Positions 25,164 through 34,444 of a stretch of 64,000 nt of DNA are shown here, piece by piece. The notes beneath the pieces are model-generated. The model was not told where the DNA came from. It ran no database searches and saw only the letters and a list, made by a program, of their open reading frames with translations. Origin of the DNA: Ignavibacteriales bacterium (GTDB taxonomy: Bacteria > Bacteroidota > Ignavibacteria > UBA10030 > SZUA-254); NCBI GenBank assembly GCA_016214905.1, contig JACRMQ010000007.1, positions 631,695 to 695,694 of the forward strand. The letters are read 5' to 3'. Both the position numbers and the translations under genes were made by a program. The stretch's first letter is position 1. Each line of letters starts with the position of its first letter.

Positions 25164-25380
25164 TGCTACGATTCTGCCTGCCGATACGTGCTTGGTTTGA
25201 GTTCGCTCTCGTGGGTTCTGCAAGATACAGCCCCGTTCTCGCCACACAAGCCTTTCGCCTTCGACTTCATTCACTTCGTTCATTCCGCTCAGGCTCAACC
25301 CTCGTTTGTGCAGCTCTGCTCCTCACTCGTTTGCAAAAGGATGCGCCTTTGAATGTCACACCTTTTGCATAAAACTTCGT

Positions 25381-26130
25381 TGCGGTGCTCGCTTCCGCAC
25401 TCGGGCTGACGGGCATTGCGTGGCTGCGCATGCGGGGCTGTGCGCTTATGAGTGTTTTTTCGCTTCGCCTCGCTCAGTTGCGTGGCGGGCGTCAGTCGGT
25501 TGCTTCGGCTTGGGCTGGCTGGCGTTGGCGTTTCGCCTGCGTGTTCGCCCTCTTGGTTTCGTTATGTTTTCTTCTTTTGCTTCCGTTGGCTTCTGTGGTT
25601 CTCGGTCGCTTCCTGCGTCCGCTCAGTCGCTGGTTTCCTCTGTTGTCGGTGCTGTGTGTTCTGGTTCTTCCGCTTCGCTTGCTGTTGGCTGTTCGGTGGG
25701 CGCTGATGCTTTCGTGCTCTCTTCCGTTCCGTGTTCCGTTGTGTCTCGTCTCTCTGTGTTTGCCGCTTTCGGTTTCGGTGGTTTCGGTTCGTGTTCTCTC
25801 TCTGCTGTTTCTGCTGTGCTTGCTGCTGCTCGTTGTGGTGCTCGTGTTCGCTGGTGGGCTGGCGGTTTGCCTTCCGTTCCGTTGCGTCAGCGCCTTGCTT
25901 TGCGTTCTGTTGCTCTCGTCCGTTTCCTTGCCCGTCGTCCGCCGTCTGTTCTTGTTTGCTTTCTCTCGTCTCCTCGTTCTCGTGGTTCGCTGCTGGCGTG
26001 TCGTCTCGCTGTTCGCTCTGGTGTCGCTGTGTTTGTCTTTTGTGTCGGTTTCTCTCCAGTTCGTCTTCCTCGTGTCGGTCGTGGCTCTTGGTTGCCCGTT
26101 CAGGTTGCTGGTCTTTCTGCTTTTCGCTGG
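25381..26130. other. Adenine-free (+ strand) / thymine-free (- strand) tract, stop-free in all six frames
   Basis: Hand count gives 14 A in 750 nt, and only 5 A in 25501-26100. A sampled 60-nt line is T ~47%, G ~28%, C ~25%. Flanks are ~30% A. A graded A-poor shoulder runs 25165-25380. Five overlapping tracked ORFs here exist only because stop codons are impossible. Confidence 0.9.
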
Positions 26131-26214
26131 CAGCAGGCATCATAGGTGTGGTTAAAGAATAGGTGTTCAATTCATTTGTGTATTTGGTATAACATTAACA
26201 AGAAAGGATTCAAT

Positions 26215-26607
26215 ATGAAAACGAAATCATTTTTCATTTCAACAATACTCGTCATTATCTGTGAGATTATTTTTCAAGGACAAATCATAGCTGATGTCAA
26301 GAAGGCAATTCAAAATCTTCAGGAAGGTCTTGATGAGGCAATCCTTACAATAATTCCGGATGAAAGAAAATTTGTTCGATTCGACAAACGTGAAGATGGA
26401 ATATTAATCTACAAAGTATCGATGCAAAAAGTTGATGAAAAGACCGTTCGAATTCGTGTCACCGGATACAGTGGAATGGATGTCATCTCTATCATAACGT
26501 ATCGAATCATTGATGGAGAAAGTTATAAAACGATTGAAGAGTACAAACATCAGAAACAAGCCACCGACATTGGTATAACAAAAACAAAGAAAGGAGTCAA
26601 ACAATGA
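26215..26607 (+). CDS. Small secreted/membrane-anchored hypothetical protein
   Basis: ATG 26215 is preceded by agaaagga. The N-terminus MKTKSFFISTILVIICEIIF looks like a signal peptide or anchor. No motif recognised. Confidence 0.5.
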   Translation: MKTKSFFISTILVIICEIIFQGQIIADVKKAIQNLQEGLDEAILTIIPDERKFVRFDKREDGILIYKVSMQKVDEKTVRIRVTGYSGMDVISIITYRIIDGESYKTIEEYKHQKQATDIGITKTKKGVKQ

Positions 26608-26804
26608 TTGACATTCAACTTACTGAAGATGAAGATCACTCTATTATCCAAGCCCTCGAATCAGAGCGAGACATATTTATCAAGGATTTAAACACAAGTT
26701 CCTTAAGCATTGTACGTGAAGTGTCGAACAGAGTAATCGACCATAATAATTCGTTGATCAGAAAGCTCGAAGAACAAGTTGGAGTTAGTATTGGAATTAT
26801 TTAG
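26604..26804 (+). CDS. Small hypothetical protein (66 aa)
   Basis: ATGA overlap with the upstream gene suggests coupling. Acidic and helical-looking, no motif recognised. Confidence 0.4.
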   Translation: MIDIQLTEDEDHSIIQALESERDIFIKDLNTSSLSIVREVSNRVIDHNNSLIRKLEEQVGVSIGII

Positions 26805-26857
26805 AGTTTTCGGCTGTTTACATAATTAACATAAAACTTTTGATAGGAACCGTAGCC

Positions 26858-27733
26858 ATGTTTCAAAGAAAACACAATTTTGATTACTCAAAATCACTTT
26901 ATATCTTTGCGTTATTCTACATAACGCTGACAATTCCGACATTTGCTCAACATCATTATAATAACTGGATTCATCGGAATGCAACCGACACAACAATTGC
27001 CCGTTGCTGGGACGACTCGCTTACCTTTGCTATGTTTCCCCCCGGTTCTATGATGGGAATGATGTTCCCAGATTCAATTTACTGTCGTATCGATCGAATG
27101 CATCTTGATAGTTTGGACCATCCGCACGATTCAACATTTATGGGTTGGCATCGGATCGAAATTGGGCGCGATAGCACCCGCTTTGATATGATGGACGATT
27201 CCATGATGAGCGTAAACCATATGATGCAGTTTATGACAGGGTTACAGTGTCAGTTGCGTTGGGATAGTCTTTACACCGATTCTCTCCATAGGCGATGGAA
27301 GCCGACCGGTGTGCGCGGTTGGAATGGTACACAATGGGTAAATTTATCAGACGTTTCATTTATTGGTACTACTGCCACAGTGAAGACCTCCCAAGTATAT
27401 GCAGCAATCGCATTTGTGGGGACACCGTCTGAGGTCACAGGAATTTCCCCAACGGTAACAACACCATCGCAATACAAATTGGAGCAAAACTATCCAAATC
27501 CATTTAATCCCTCTACCGAGATCCTCTTCAACATCCCGTTGACTGAGAATGTAACGTTGGAAGTTTACAACGTGCTTGGTAAGGTTGTTGCAACACTTTT
27601 TGACAATCAACCATTGAGCGCCGGAGAACATTCTGTGCTATTCGATGCAAACAACTTAGCAAGCGGAATTTACTTCTATAGCATGAGAGCCGGTCAATAT
27701 AAATCGACTCAAAAAATGATTTTATTAAGGTAA
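26858..27733 (+). CDS. T9SS C-terminal sorting domain-containing secreted protein, Met/His/Asp-rich
   Basis: The C-terminus YKLEQNYPNPFNPSTEILFNIP...VTLEVYNVLGKVVATLFD...ASGIYFYSMRAGQYKSTQKMILLR is a typical Por/T9SS CTD. The N-terminal part is rich in M, H and D (MMGMMFPDS, MMDDSMMSVNHMMQFM). Confidence 0.8.
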   Translation: MFQRKHNFDYSKSLYIFALFYITLTIPTFAQHHYNNWIHRNATDTTIARCWDDSLTFAMFPPGSMMGMMFPDSIYCRIDRMHLDSLDHPHDSTFMGWHRIEIGRDSTRFDMMDDSMMSVNHMMQFMTGLQCQLRWDSLYTDSLHRRWKPTGVRGWNGTQWVNLSDVSFIGTTATVKTSQVYAAIAFVGTPSEVTGISPTVTTPSQYKLEQNYPNPFNPSTEILFNIPLTENVTLEVYNVLGKVVATLFDNQPLSAGEHSVLFDANNLASGIYFYSMRAGQYKSTQKMILLR

Positions 27734-28044
27734 GAAAATACTTTAATTGAGAAATTTCTGAGGGATTGATCCGAGGGTCTTTACTGTCATTCCAGCATGT
27801 TTTAAGCTGCCTGCCAATGGCACAAAGGCATGCCGAAAGAAGCGTTTGGGAATGAAAACACTAAATTTACTTAATAGCAATCCATAGATTGGATAATTTG
27901 AAATAATAAATATTTAAAATTGAGTAATAACAAGCAAAATAAGAAATATTTTAAATAATATGATCTTGGTATTTTGTGTTTCATGAAAATTATTGTATCT
28001 TTTTAAGGAACGGATCGTACAAAAGTAGTGTTACAATTAATAAC

Positions 28045-28455
28045 ATGGTAAGCTCATTTAAATATCGCTCGGTTGCTATACTCCTTGCTGGAATCTTTTC
28101 GGTTTTCAACATAGGGTTGCCGATTGCTTTGCATTATTGCAAGATGATGGAAACAGTATCAAGCAATTCATGCGAGATGTGCACTACACATAAAAAAGAG
28201 AGCAAAGATATCCAAATTTCTAAACCGGAATCCTCTTGCTGCAAAACAATACTTGGGGTAGATCGCAATCAAACAGAGTTTCTGCAAACACAAAACGATG
28301 TAGTAACTCAAACACAAAATTACTCAACTACTGCGATAATCTACGATTCAAACATTTTTGAATCGACGACTTTTTCAAAATCAATTTTTAACGATACACA
28401 CTCTCCTCCTCTCACCGAAGATATACCTATATTTATCTCTTCTCTCCTTATTTAA
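28045..28455 (+). CDS. Small Cys-rich membrane protein preceding RND operon 1
   Basis: One TM helix (VAILLAGIFSVFNIGLPIAL), then HYCKMM...SCEMCTTHKK...SSCCKT. Occupies the same position as the gene at 37858-38205 before RND operon 2. Confidence 0.45.
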   Translation: MVSSFKYRSVAILLAGIFSVFNIGLPIALHYCKMMETVSSNSCEMCTTHKKESKDIQISKPESSCCKTILGVDRNQTEFLQTQNDVVTQTQNYSTTAIIYDSNIFESTTFSKSIFNDTHSPPLTEDIPIFISSLLI

Positions 28456-28577
28456 TTCTCGTAATAGTTCAATAAAACTACATTATTGACTTTTGTCAAT
28501 GATGTTGTTACATTTTGCCGTCATTCCGGACTCATTCTGGAATGGCAATATAAGCATTGAATTTATTACGAGGAATT

Positions 28578-29834
28578 ATGAACAAAATATTTTTATTATT
28601 GGTTACGGTTCTATTAGCTGCGCAAATTTATAGTCAACCAGTAACTCGGCCAGTGCAATTGGACAGTCTAATCTCTGAAGCGATGAAGAACAATCCTGAA
28701 ATCCAAGCGGCTCTCGCACAGGTTGATGTAATGCGAGCTAAAGTATCTCAAGCTGGTACTCTTGATGATCCTGAGTTGAAATTCATGCAGGAAGGTATGC
28801 CCGATTTCAAATTCAATGAGGCGATGTTCTCGCGTCTTGAGCTGATGCAAATGGTTCCATTTCCGACAAAACTTGGGACACAAAAGGATCTATCTGTTAT
28901 CCAGAAACGGTTTTCCCAAAGTGACCAGCTTGAAAAAGTGAACGAGGTTTTGGCGAAACTGAAATCTACATACGTAGAGTTATGGTTCATCCAGCAAAAC
29001 ATCGCAATTGCTCAAGAAAACTCCCGACTCATGAAGCAATTTTTATCCATTGCACAGACGAAATACACAGCCGGTCAGGTGCCGCAGCAGGATATACTGA
29101 AAGCGCAAATCGAGATATCAATGATCGGTAATGAACAGATTTCATTTCGACAAAAAGAATTAAGTATGAAGGCAATGATGATGTCGCTGCTAAATCGGGA
29201 TACCAAAGACACTATCTCTATAGCGGTGATACCTTCTGAGGTTTCATTTTCAATGGACCTAGACTCAGTTTTGAGTTTTGCATTGCACAACCGTCCAATG
29301 ATCATTAAAGACTCGTTGATGATTGATGAGAGCAAAACAATGCTTTCCATGGCGAAGCAGGAATATCTTCCCGATTTCAAATTTGGAATCGAGAGAATGA
29401 CGGAACCGATGGGTTCATTCACGGGCTGGAGTGTTAGTGCGGGAATCACACTTCCTTTTGCACCCTGGACACTCGGAAAAGCGAGCACTCGTGTAGATGA
29501 AGCGAATGCCGCAATAATCAAGTCGAACGCATCTTACACTTCAACTCGAAATATGGTCGCAAGCAACGTCAAAGATTTATATTACAAGGCAAGTGGAGCA
29601 AAGAAACAACTCGATATTTTCAACTCGGAAATTCTTCCTCAAGCAAAGCAATCAGTGCAGGCAAGCTTAACAGCATATCAAACAGGAACGACAGATTTTT
29701 TGATGTTGATCGATGCATACCGGACACTCGTCAATCTTTCAAAGGAATATTTCATGACACGGATGCAATTCGAGCAAGCAATTGCAGAGTTGGAACGTGA
29801 AGCCGGTACCCAGTATTTATCAGATTTAAAGTAA
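28578..29834 (+). CDS. TolC-family outer membrane efflux protein (CzcC/CusC-like)
   Basis: Signal peptide, two-repeat helical architecture, first gene of a C-B-...-A metal RND operon. ATG 28578 has an aggaa RBS. Confidence 0.8.
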   Translation: MNKIFLLLVTVLLAAQIYSQPVTRPVQLDSLISEAMKNNPEIQAALAQVDVMRAKVSQAGTLDDPELKFMQEGMPDFKFNEAMFSRLELMQMVPFPTKLGTQKDLSVIQKRFSQSDQLEKVNEVLAKLKSTYVELWFIQQNIAIAQENSRLMKQFLSIAQTKYTAGQVPQQDILKAQIEISMIGNEQISFRQKELSMKAMMMSLLNRDTKDTISIAVIPSEVSFSMDLDSVLSFALHNRPMIIKDSLMIDESKTMLSMAKQEYLPDFKFGIERMTEPMGSFTGWSVSAGITLPFAPWTLGKASTRVDEANAAIIKSNASYTSTRNMVASNVKDLYYKASGAKKQLDIFNSEILPQAKQSVQASLTAYQTGTTDFLMLIDAYRTLVNLSKEYFMTRMQFEQAIAELEREAGTQYLSDLK

Positions 29835-29849
29835 GGAAAGGATTTTAAT

Positions 29850-31214
29850 ATGAAAAAGAATATTATCATCAGCGCAATTATCATTGTCATTGTAGGTTTA
29901 GCAGGATTATATTTTTATCCGAAACTATTTCCATCTAAACCTGAACGAAAAATTCTCTACTGGACCGATTCTATGATTCCCGGTGATAGAAGCGATCATC
30001 CCGGTAAATCGCCAATGGGAATGGATAGAACTCCTGTCTATGCAGACGAGTCACAACCGGAAACAGCGAACCAAAAAACATCTGCTGATGAGAGTTACTA
30101 CACTTGCCCGATGCATCCATCTGTTAAGAGTGACCATCCGGGGGCATGCCCGGTATGCGGAATGAATTTGGTTAAACGTACCGATCAAGTTGAGCTGACG
30201 AAAGAAGAACATCAGTCGCTCGGGCAAGTGACATTATCGCCAACGAAGCAAGTACTTGCAAATGTTTCAACTTCAACTGCAATGAAGATGTCGTTGGAAA
30301 AAGAAATCCGCGCTGTGGGTAAAATCGCTTATGCTGAACAGAACTTCAGACAAATAAGCACACGGTTCCCGGGACGGATTGATAAACTTTACCTCACTTA
30401 CGAGGGGCAACAGGTAAAAAAAGACGATCCTGTTGCTGATGTTTACAGTCCGGAAGCTATATCCGCTCAACAGGAATACTTACTCGCTAAGCAATCTAAT
30501 TCCTCGGAGCTTCTTCAACAGTCAAAACAGAAACTTCTTCTGTGGGGATTTACTGAATCGCAATTGAATGAACTTGATTACTTAAAGATTGTCAGGAATA
30601 CATTCACGCTCCACTCTCCTATTAGCGGAACAGTGTTGAAGAAAAATATCCAGCAACAGCAATATGTATCTACCGGTGAAAATCTTTTTGATGTTGCCGA
30701 TCTTTCCACAGTCTGGATGTATGCAGACATTTACGAGTACGAAATTCAGGGTGTAAAAGTCGGGCAAATAGTTGAAGCCAAGAGTGATGCATATTCCGAT
30801 AAAACATTTACGGGTAAGATAACATTCATAAGTCCCACTGTTGATCCTTCATCAAGGACAGTGCGTATTCGTGCAGAAATTGCGAATGAATCTGCTGACC
30901 TTAGATTAGATATGTTCGTTAATGCTACAGTTAAAGTAAAGCTATCAGAAAGCATTGTCGTTCCAATAACCGCAGTTCTCTCGACTGGAGCAAAGCAAGT
31001 TGTATGGGTTCAAAAGGTTGCAGGTGTCTTTGAACCAAGGCTGGTAAAAATCGGTGGACGTTCAAATGAATATGTACAAATTATAGAAGGAATCAACGAA
31101 GGTGAAACAATTGTAAGCTCAGGTGGCTACCTAATTGATTCAGAGAGTCAGATGCAAACACCTGCAAGCTCAAAATCAACCGAACATGCTGGTATGAAAA
31201 TGGATAAAAAATAA
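29850..31214 (+). CDS. RND efflux periplasmic adaptor (CusB/CzcB-like) with N-terminal heavy-metal-binding domain
   Basis: YYTCPMHPSVKSDHPGACPVCGMNL is an HMBD motif. A biotinyl-lipoyl / beta-barrel MFP core follows (LHSPISGTVLKKNI..., VPITAVL). Confidence 0.85.
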   Translation: MKKNIIISAIIIVIVGLAGLYFYPKLFPSKPERKILYWTDSMIPGDRSDHPGKSPMGMDRTPVYADESQPETANQKTSADESYYTCPMHPSVKSDHPGACPVCGMNLVKRTDQVELTKEEHQSLGQVTLSPTKQVLANVSTSTAMKMSLEKEIRAVGKIAYAEQNFRQISTRFPGRIDKLYLTYEGQQVKKDDPVADVYSPEAISAQQEYLLAKQSNSSELLQQSKQKLLLWGFTESQLNELDYLKIVRNTFTLHSPISGTVLKKNIQQQQYVSTGENLFDVADLSTVWMYADIYEYEIQGVKVGQIVEAKSDAYSDKTFTGKITFISPTVDPSSRTVRIRAEIANESADLRLDMFVNATVKVKLSESIVVPITAVLSTGAKQVVWVQKVAGVFEPRLVKIGGRSNEYVQIIEGINEGETIVSSGGYLIDSESQMQTPASSKSTEHAGMKMDKK

Positions 31215-31227
31215 AGGAGAGACAACT

Positions 31228-31617
31228 ATGAGTTACTATTTCAGTAAAATAAAAAAAGATATATCATTCGATAAAGTAATTGAAGCTGTAATCGGAAATC
31301 TAAAAAATGAGGGTTTCGGCATTCTGACTGAAATTGATGTAAAGGAAACCTTAAAGAAAAAACTTGACGTCAATTTCAGGAAATATAAAATTTTGGGCGC
31401 ATGCAACCCGCCGTTTGCTTATCGGGCACTGCAAGCTGAGGATAAGATTGGAATAATGCTACCATGCAATGTGATTATTCAAGAAATCTCTAAAGGTACT
31501 GTCGAGATCGCAACGGTCGATCCTGTTGCATCGATGCAATCTGTGAACAATCCTCAATTGGCAGACGTTGCAAATGAAATTCAGAACAAGTTGCGCCGAG
31601 TCATTGAAAATCTATAA
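31228..31617 (+). CDS. DUF302 domain protein
   Basis: GFGILTEIDVKETLKKKLDVNFRKYKILGACNPPFAYRAL...MLPCNVI is the characteristic DUF302 core. A paralogue lies at 52321-52722. Confidence 0.8.
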   Translation: MSYYFSKIKKDISFDKVIEAVIGNLKNEGFGILTEIDVKETLKKKLDVNFRKYKILGACNPPFAYRALQAEDKIGIMLPCNVIIQEISKGTVEIATVDPVASMQSVNNPQLADVANEIQNKLRRVIENL

Positions 31618-31634
31618 ACAGAAAAGGAAATTAT

Positions 31635-32162
31635 ATGCAAAACATACATCCGTATTTTGTTCACTTTCCGATTGCGATTCTTTCAGTCGGATTGCTTTGG
31701 GACTTGCTTGGTATTTTGTTAAAGAAAGAATCATTCAAGAATGCCGGCTGGTGGGCACAAGTTTTCGGAGTTATCGCGATTGTCATAACGGTCACCACCG
31801 GACTAATTGCTGCCAACACCGTTCCACATAATGAAGCTTCTCATGAAATTATGGAAACTCATGAAACTATTGGATTGATAGTCGCAGGCGCTTTTATTCT
31901 ACTGTTGATCTGGAGAAGTTTCTTGAAGACCTCTTTACCATTGAGAAAGTCATATCAAACCATCTATTTAGCTATTGGGATTCTTGCCGTAGTTACAATG
32001 CTTTATGGTGCGCATCTTGGCGGAAAATTAGTGTACGAATTTGGCGTTGGTGGAAGTGCCGTGCAACAGTCGGCACACACCCATCAGCATACTGAAACAA
32101 ATGAGGAACATGGGCATGAAAGTGATCCTGATTCCTCAGGCGAATCGGAACATCAACATTAA
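31635..32162 (+). CDS. DUF2231-like membrane protein with His-rich C-terminal tail
   Basis: HPYFVHFPIAIL start and four TM helices. The tail is HTHQHTETNEEHGHESDPDSSGESEHQH. Confidence 0.6.
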   Translation: MQNIHPYFVHFPIAILSVGLLWDLLGILLKKESFKNAGWWAQVFGVIAIVITVTTGLIAANTVPHNEASHEIMETHETIGLIVAGAFILLLIWRSFLKTSLPLRKSYQTIYLAIGILAVVTMLYGAHLGGKLVYEFGVGGSAVQQSAHTHQHTETNEEHGHESDPDSSGESEHQH

Positions 32163-32193
32163 CTCATAACTATTAATTATAAGGAACAACACA

Positions 32194-32640
32194 ATGAAAC
32201 GATCCACATTTTATTTGGCAACTATTATTCTGAGCACCTTTATCGTAGCTGCGAACAGCCACGCTCAATGCTCGATGGGTTCAAGTGGACATCAACATGG
32301 CGCAAATAATCCAGAGTCACATTCTGTGCATAAAGTCGTAGCTCAATCAAAAGGTTATGCGTTCATTAACGATGATGGTATGCAGCAAGCTAATATAACA
32401 ATAAGAGATGGCTATCATCCGAACACTATCATAGTGAAAAGGGGAATCCCTCTTCGTCTTAATTTTGATCTTCAGGAAGAAGGATGCACTGCTACAGTTA
32501 TTATCAGGGAGTTCGATATTAAGAAATTGTTGACTCCTTTTGAGATCGCATCTGTGGAATTTACACCAGATATTTCCGGGTCGTTCACTTTTGCCTGCCC
32601 AATGAACATGATTGAAGGTTCGATCGTGGTAAAGGAATAA
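32194..32640 (+). CDS. Cupredoxin-like domain periplasmic protein
   Basis: Signal peptide, then a beta-rich domain ending SGSFTFACPMNMIEGSIVV, typical of cupredoxin_1 proteins in metal operons. Confidence 0.6.
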   Translation: MKRSTFYLATIILSTFIVAANSHAQCSMGSSGHQHGANNPESHSVHKVVAQSKGYAFINDDGMQQANITIRDGYHPNTIIVKRGIPLRLNFDLQEEGCTATVIIREFDIKKLLTPFEIASVEFTPDISGSFTFACPMNMIEGSIVVKE

Positions 32641-32642
32641 CA

Positions 32643-33269
32643 ATGATTGGCATAAAAACAATAGTGAAACAGATGTTGATACAAAACAGGACTATCACTA
32701 TTATAAATCTAATTTTGATATCCTCGTCTTTGCTGTCTTCCGGATGCATGATGTCGGGGATGATGATGGATCATTCTTCTCATGAACAAAATGCTGATCG
32801 GGAACAGAATCTTCATGATAATTTTATTAAAGAGATTGTCACCGATGATTATAGAGTTGTTGCTGAGATTCCGACCGCAATAATTGATAGAGAATCATTT
32901 GTGTTTCTTCGGATTTATCCGTTGAACGACTCTACTCTTCTACAAGCGGAAGGTATGGTTACGCTTTTAGATGTTCGTAATAATACTGATGTAGTCTCTA
33001 GTCAAAAGTTTATTGTTCCGAACAATCAGGAGTATGCATATAAATTCAGCTTGCAACATCCATCCGATTATCGAATAATCTTTGAGATCGAATCAATAAA
33101 CGAAAATAAACTTATTAAGCCAATCATTGCCGATGCTTTGGTGAAATCTCAACTGTTAAGCGAACATTCAAATGAAAATGGCGGTTTTAAAATATCAACC
33201 CCGGTCATCATTGGAAGTGTGATCATGGCTTCGATGATGATAATTATGATAATGGCGAAAACATTTTAG
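32643..33269 (+). CDS. Hypothetical lipoprotein-like protein with C-terminal TM helix
   Basis: SSGC lipobox-like sequence followed by a Met/His cluster (MMSGMMMDHSSHEQ). C-terminal hydrophobic helix. No family recognised. Confidence 0.4.
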   Translation: MIGIKTIVKQMLIQNRTITIINLILISSSLLSSGCMMSGMMMDHSSHEQNADREQNLHDNFIKEIVTDDYRVVAEIPTAIIDRESFVFLRIYPLNDSTLLQAEGMVTLLDVRNNTDVVSSQKFIVPNNQEYAYKFSLQHPSDYRIIFEIESINENKLIKPIIADALVKSQLLSEHSNENGGFKISTPVIIGSVIMASMMIIMIMAKTF

Positions 33270-33318
33270 TTACAAGACAATATATTAAATCAAACAATAA
33301 ATATAAGGAGAATTATCA

Positions 33319-33672
33319 ATGAAAAACATCCAATTTGCAATAGCAATTATCGTGGTGGGCTTGTTAGGCATGCGGTACACCATTGTAGCACGAGAACACG
33401 ACCACAAACAACATCAAATGAAGACAACTCAATCAAAAGAACAGACAAAGGAAGTTTACACCTGTCCGATGCACCCGGAAGTAACTTCTGATAAAGCAGG
33501 TAAATGCCCGAAATGTGGAATGGCGTTGAAAAAAAAGGCAATGTCAAAAGGGGAAACTAAATCTGAGAAAAAAACAGAAATGTATGCGTGTCCAATGCAT
33601 CCGGATGAAAAGTCTGACAAGACTGGTAATTGTTCTAAATGTGGGATGAAGTTAGAAAAAATTAAAAAATAA
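33319..33672 (+). CDS. Tandem heavy-metal-binding-domain (HMBD) protein
   Basis: Two copies of the motif: YTCPMHPEVTSDKAGKCPKCGMAL and YACPMHPDEKSDKTGNCSKCGMKL, after a signal/anchor helix. Confidence 0.75.
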   Translation: MKNIQFAIAIIVVGLLGMRYTIVAREHDHKQHQMKTTQSKEQTKEVYTCPMHPEVTSDKAGKCPKCGMALKKKAMSKGETKSEKKTEMYACPMHPDEKSDKTGNCSKCGMKLEKIKK

Positions 33673-33721
33673 AGTATTAAGAAAACATAAACAATTAAAA
33701 ACAATATTGAAAGGAAGTAGA

Positions 33722-34303
33722 ATGAATATCAAACTAATTATCACAACATTATTAATCGCACTTGGCATTATAGGTTGCTCAAAAGAAGCGACATCACCCA
33801 CAAGTTCGAACCAAACGCCAATTTTTTCAATAAGCCCAAAGGATGGAGAAGCTAATGTACGCTTAGATGCGACTATCACATTAAACTTTGCACAGCCCGT
33901 TGTGCGTGGCATAGTAGAAAATAATTTATATCTCATGAGTGCTCGCGGCATGGATGATTCTCTCCACCCTGCGGGAGATTCAATGGGATATGGAATGATG
34001 AATGAAACGATGATGGATTCTATGAAAATGCTCCATATGATGAATCAGCACCGCGCAAAGGGAAAATATCTTTGGAATGGAGATAGTACACGATGCATAT
34101 TCACACCCGATTCAATGATGATCTCCGGAATGCAATACATGGTACGCATGGGCACCGACATGGTTAAAATGATGGAGAACCGATTAGGCGACATGAATAT
34201 GATGGGTAACCATGGAAATGGTGTGATGAAAAATGAAATGTATTATCATTTTACAACAATGGACACCTCAAAAGTTGGATCAGGACACAATGGGCACCAT
34301 TAA
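33722..34303 (+). CDS. Met/His-rich lipoprotein with Ig-like (SbsA/Big_5-type) domain
   Basis: Lipobox LGIIGCSK. ISPKDGEANVRLDATITLNFAQPV is Big_5-like. Many MxxM/HM clusters suggest Cu(I)/Ag(I)-type binding. Confidence 0.55.
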   Translation: MNIKLIITTLLIALGIIGCSKEATSPTSSNQTPIFSISPKDGEANVRLDATITLNFAQPVVRGIVENNLYLMSARGMDDSLHPAGDSMGYGMMNETMMDSMKMLHMMNQHRAKGKYLWNGDSTRCIFTPDSMMISGMQYMVRMGTDMVKMMENRLGDMNMMGNHGNGVMKNEMYYHFTTMDTSKVGSGHNGHH

Positions 34304-34444
34304 AATGAAAGTAGTAAAATATATTTAATGAAAGCTAAGCAGTTGAACGTAAATCCTTTCCCCATCCCCGCTCACCGATTGTGAGAGGGGAGTTCAGAAT
34401 AATCTGGACAGGGTAAAGAAATATGAATAGTAACAGAGGTCATC

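Noticed and set aside
25850-25857. Exact E. coli Chi octamer GCTGGTGG inside the A-free tract, suggesting a Chi-decoy array.
   Set aside because: It is a single occurrence in a G/T-rich sequence, where such octamers are expected by chance. The Chi sequence of this lineage is unknown.
25381-26130. Explanation of the A-free tract as A->I(G) deaminase hypermutation of a normal sequence.
   Set aside because: Converting ~30% A to G would give about 50% G with T near 30% and C near 19%. A sampled segment shows T ~47%, G ~28%, C ~25%, which does not fit a simple A->G conversion of host-like DNA.
25306-26170. Five overlapping long ORFs (25306-26145 +, 25385-26155 +, 25452-25706 +, 25731-26162 +, 25562-26170 -) that could be read as Cys/Leu/Arg-rich or Lys/Gln/Arg-rich proteins.
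   Set aside because: They exist in several frames at once only because a sequence without A (or without T on the other strand) cannot contain stop codons. Total avoidance of T-ending synonymous codons on the - strand argues against ordinary protein-level selection. A real product of the - strand ORF cannot be fully excluded.
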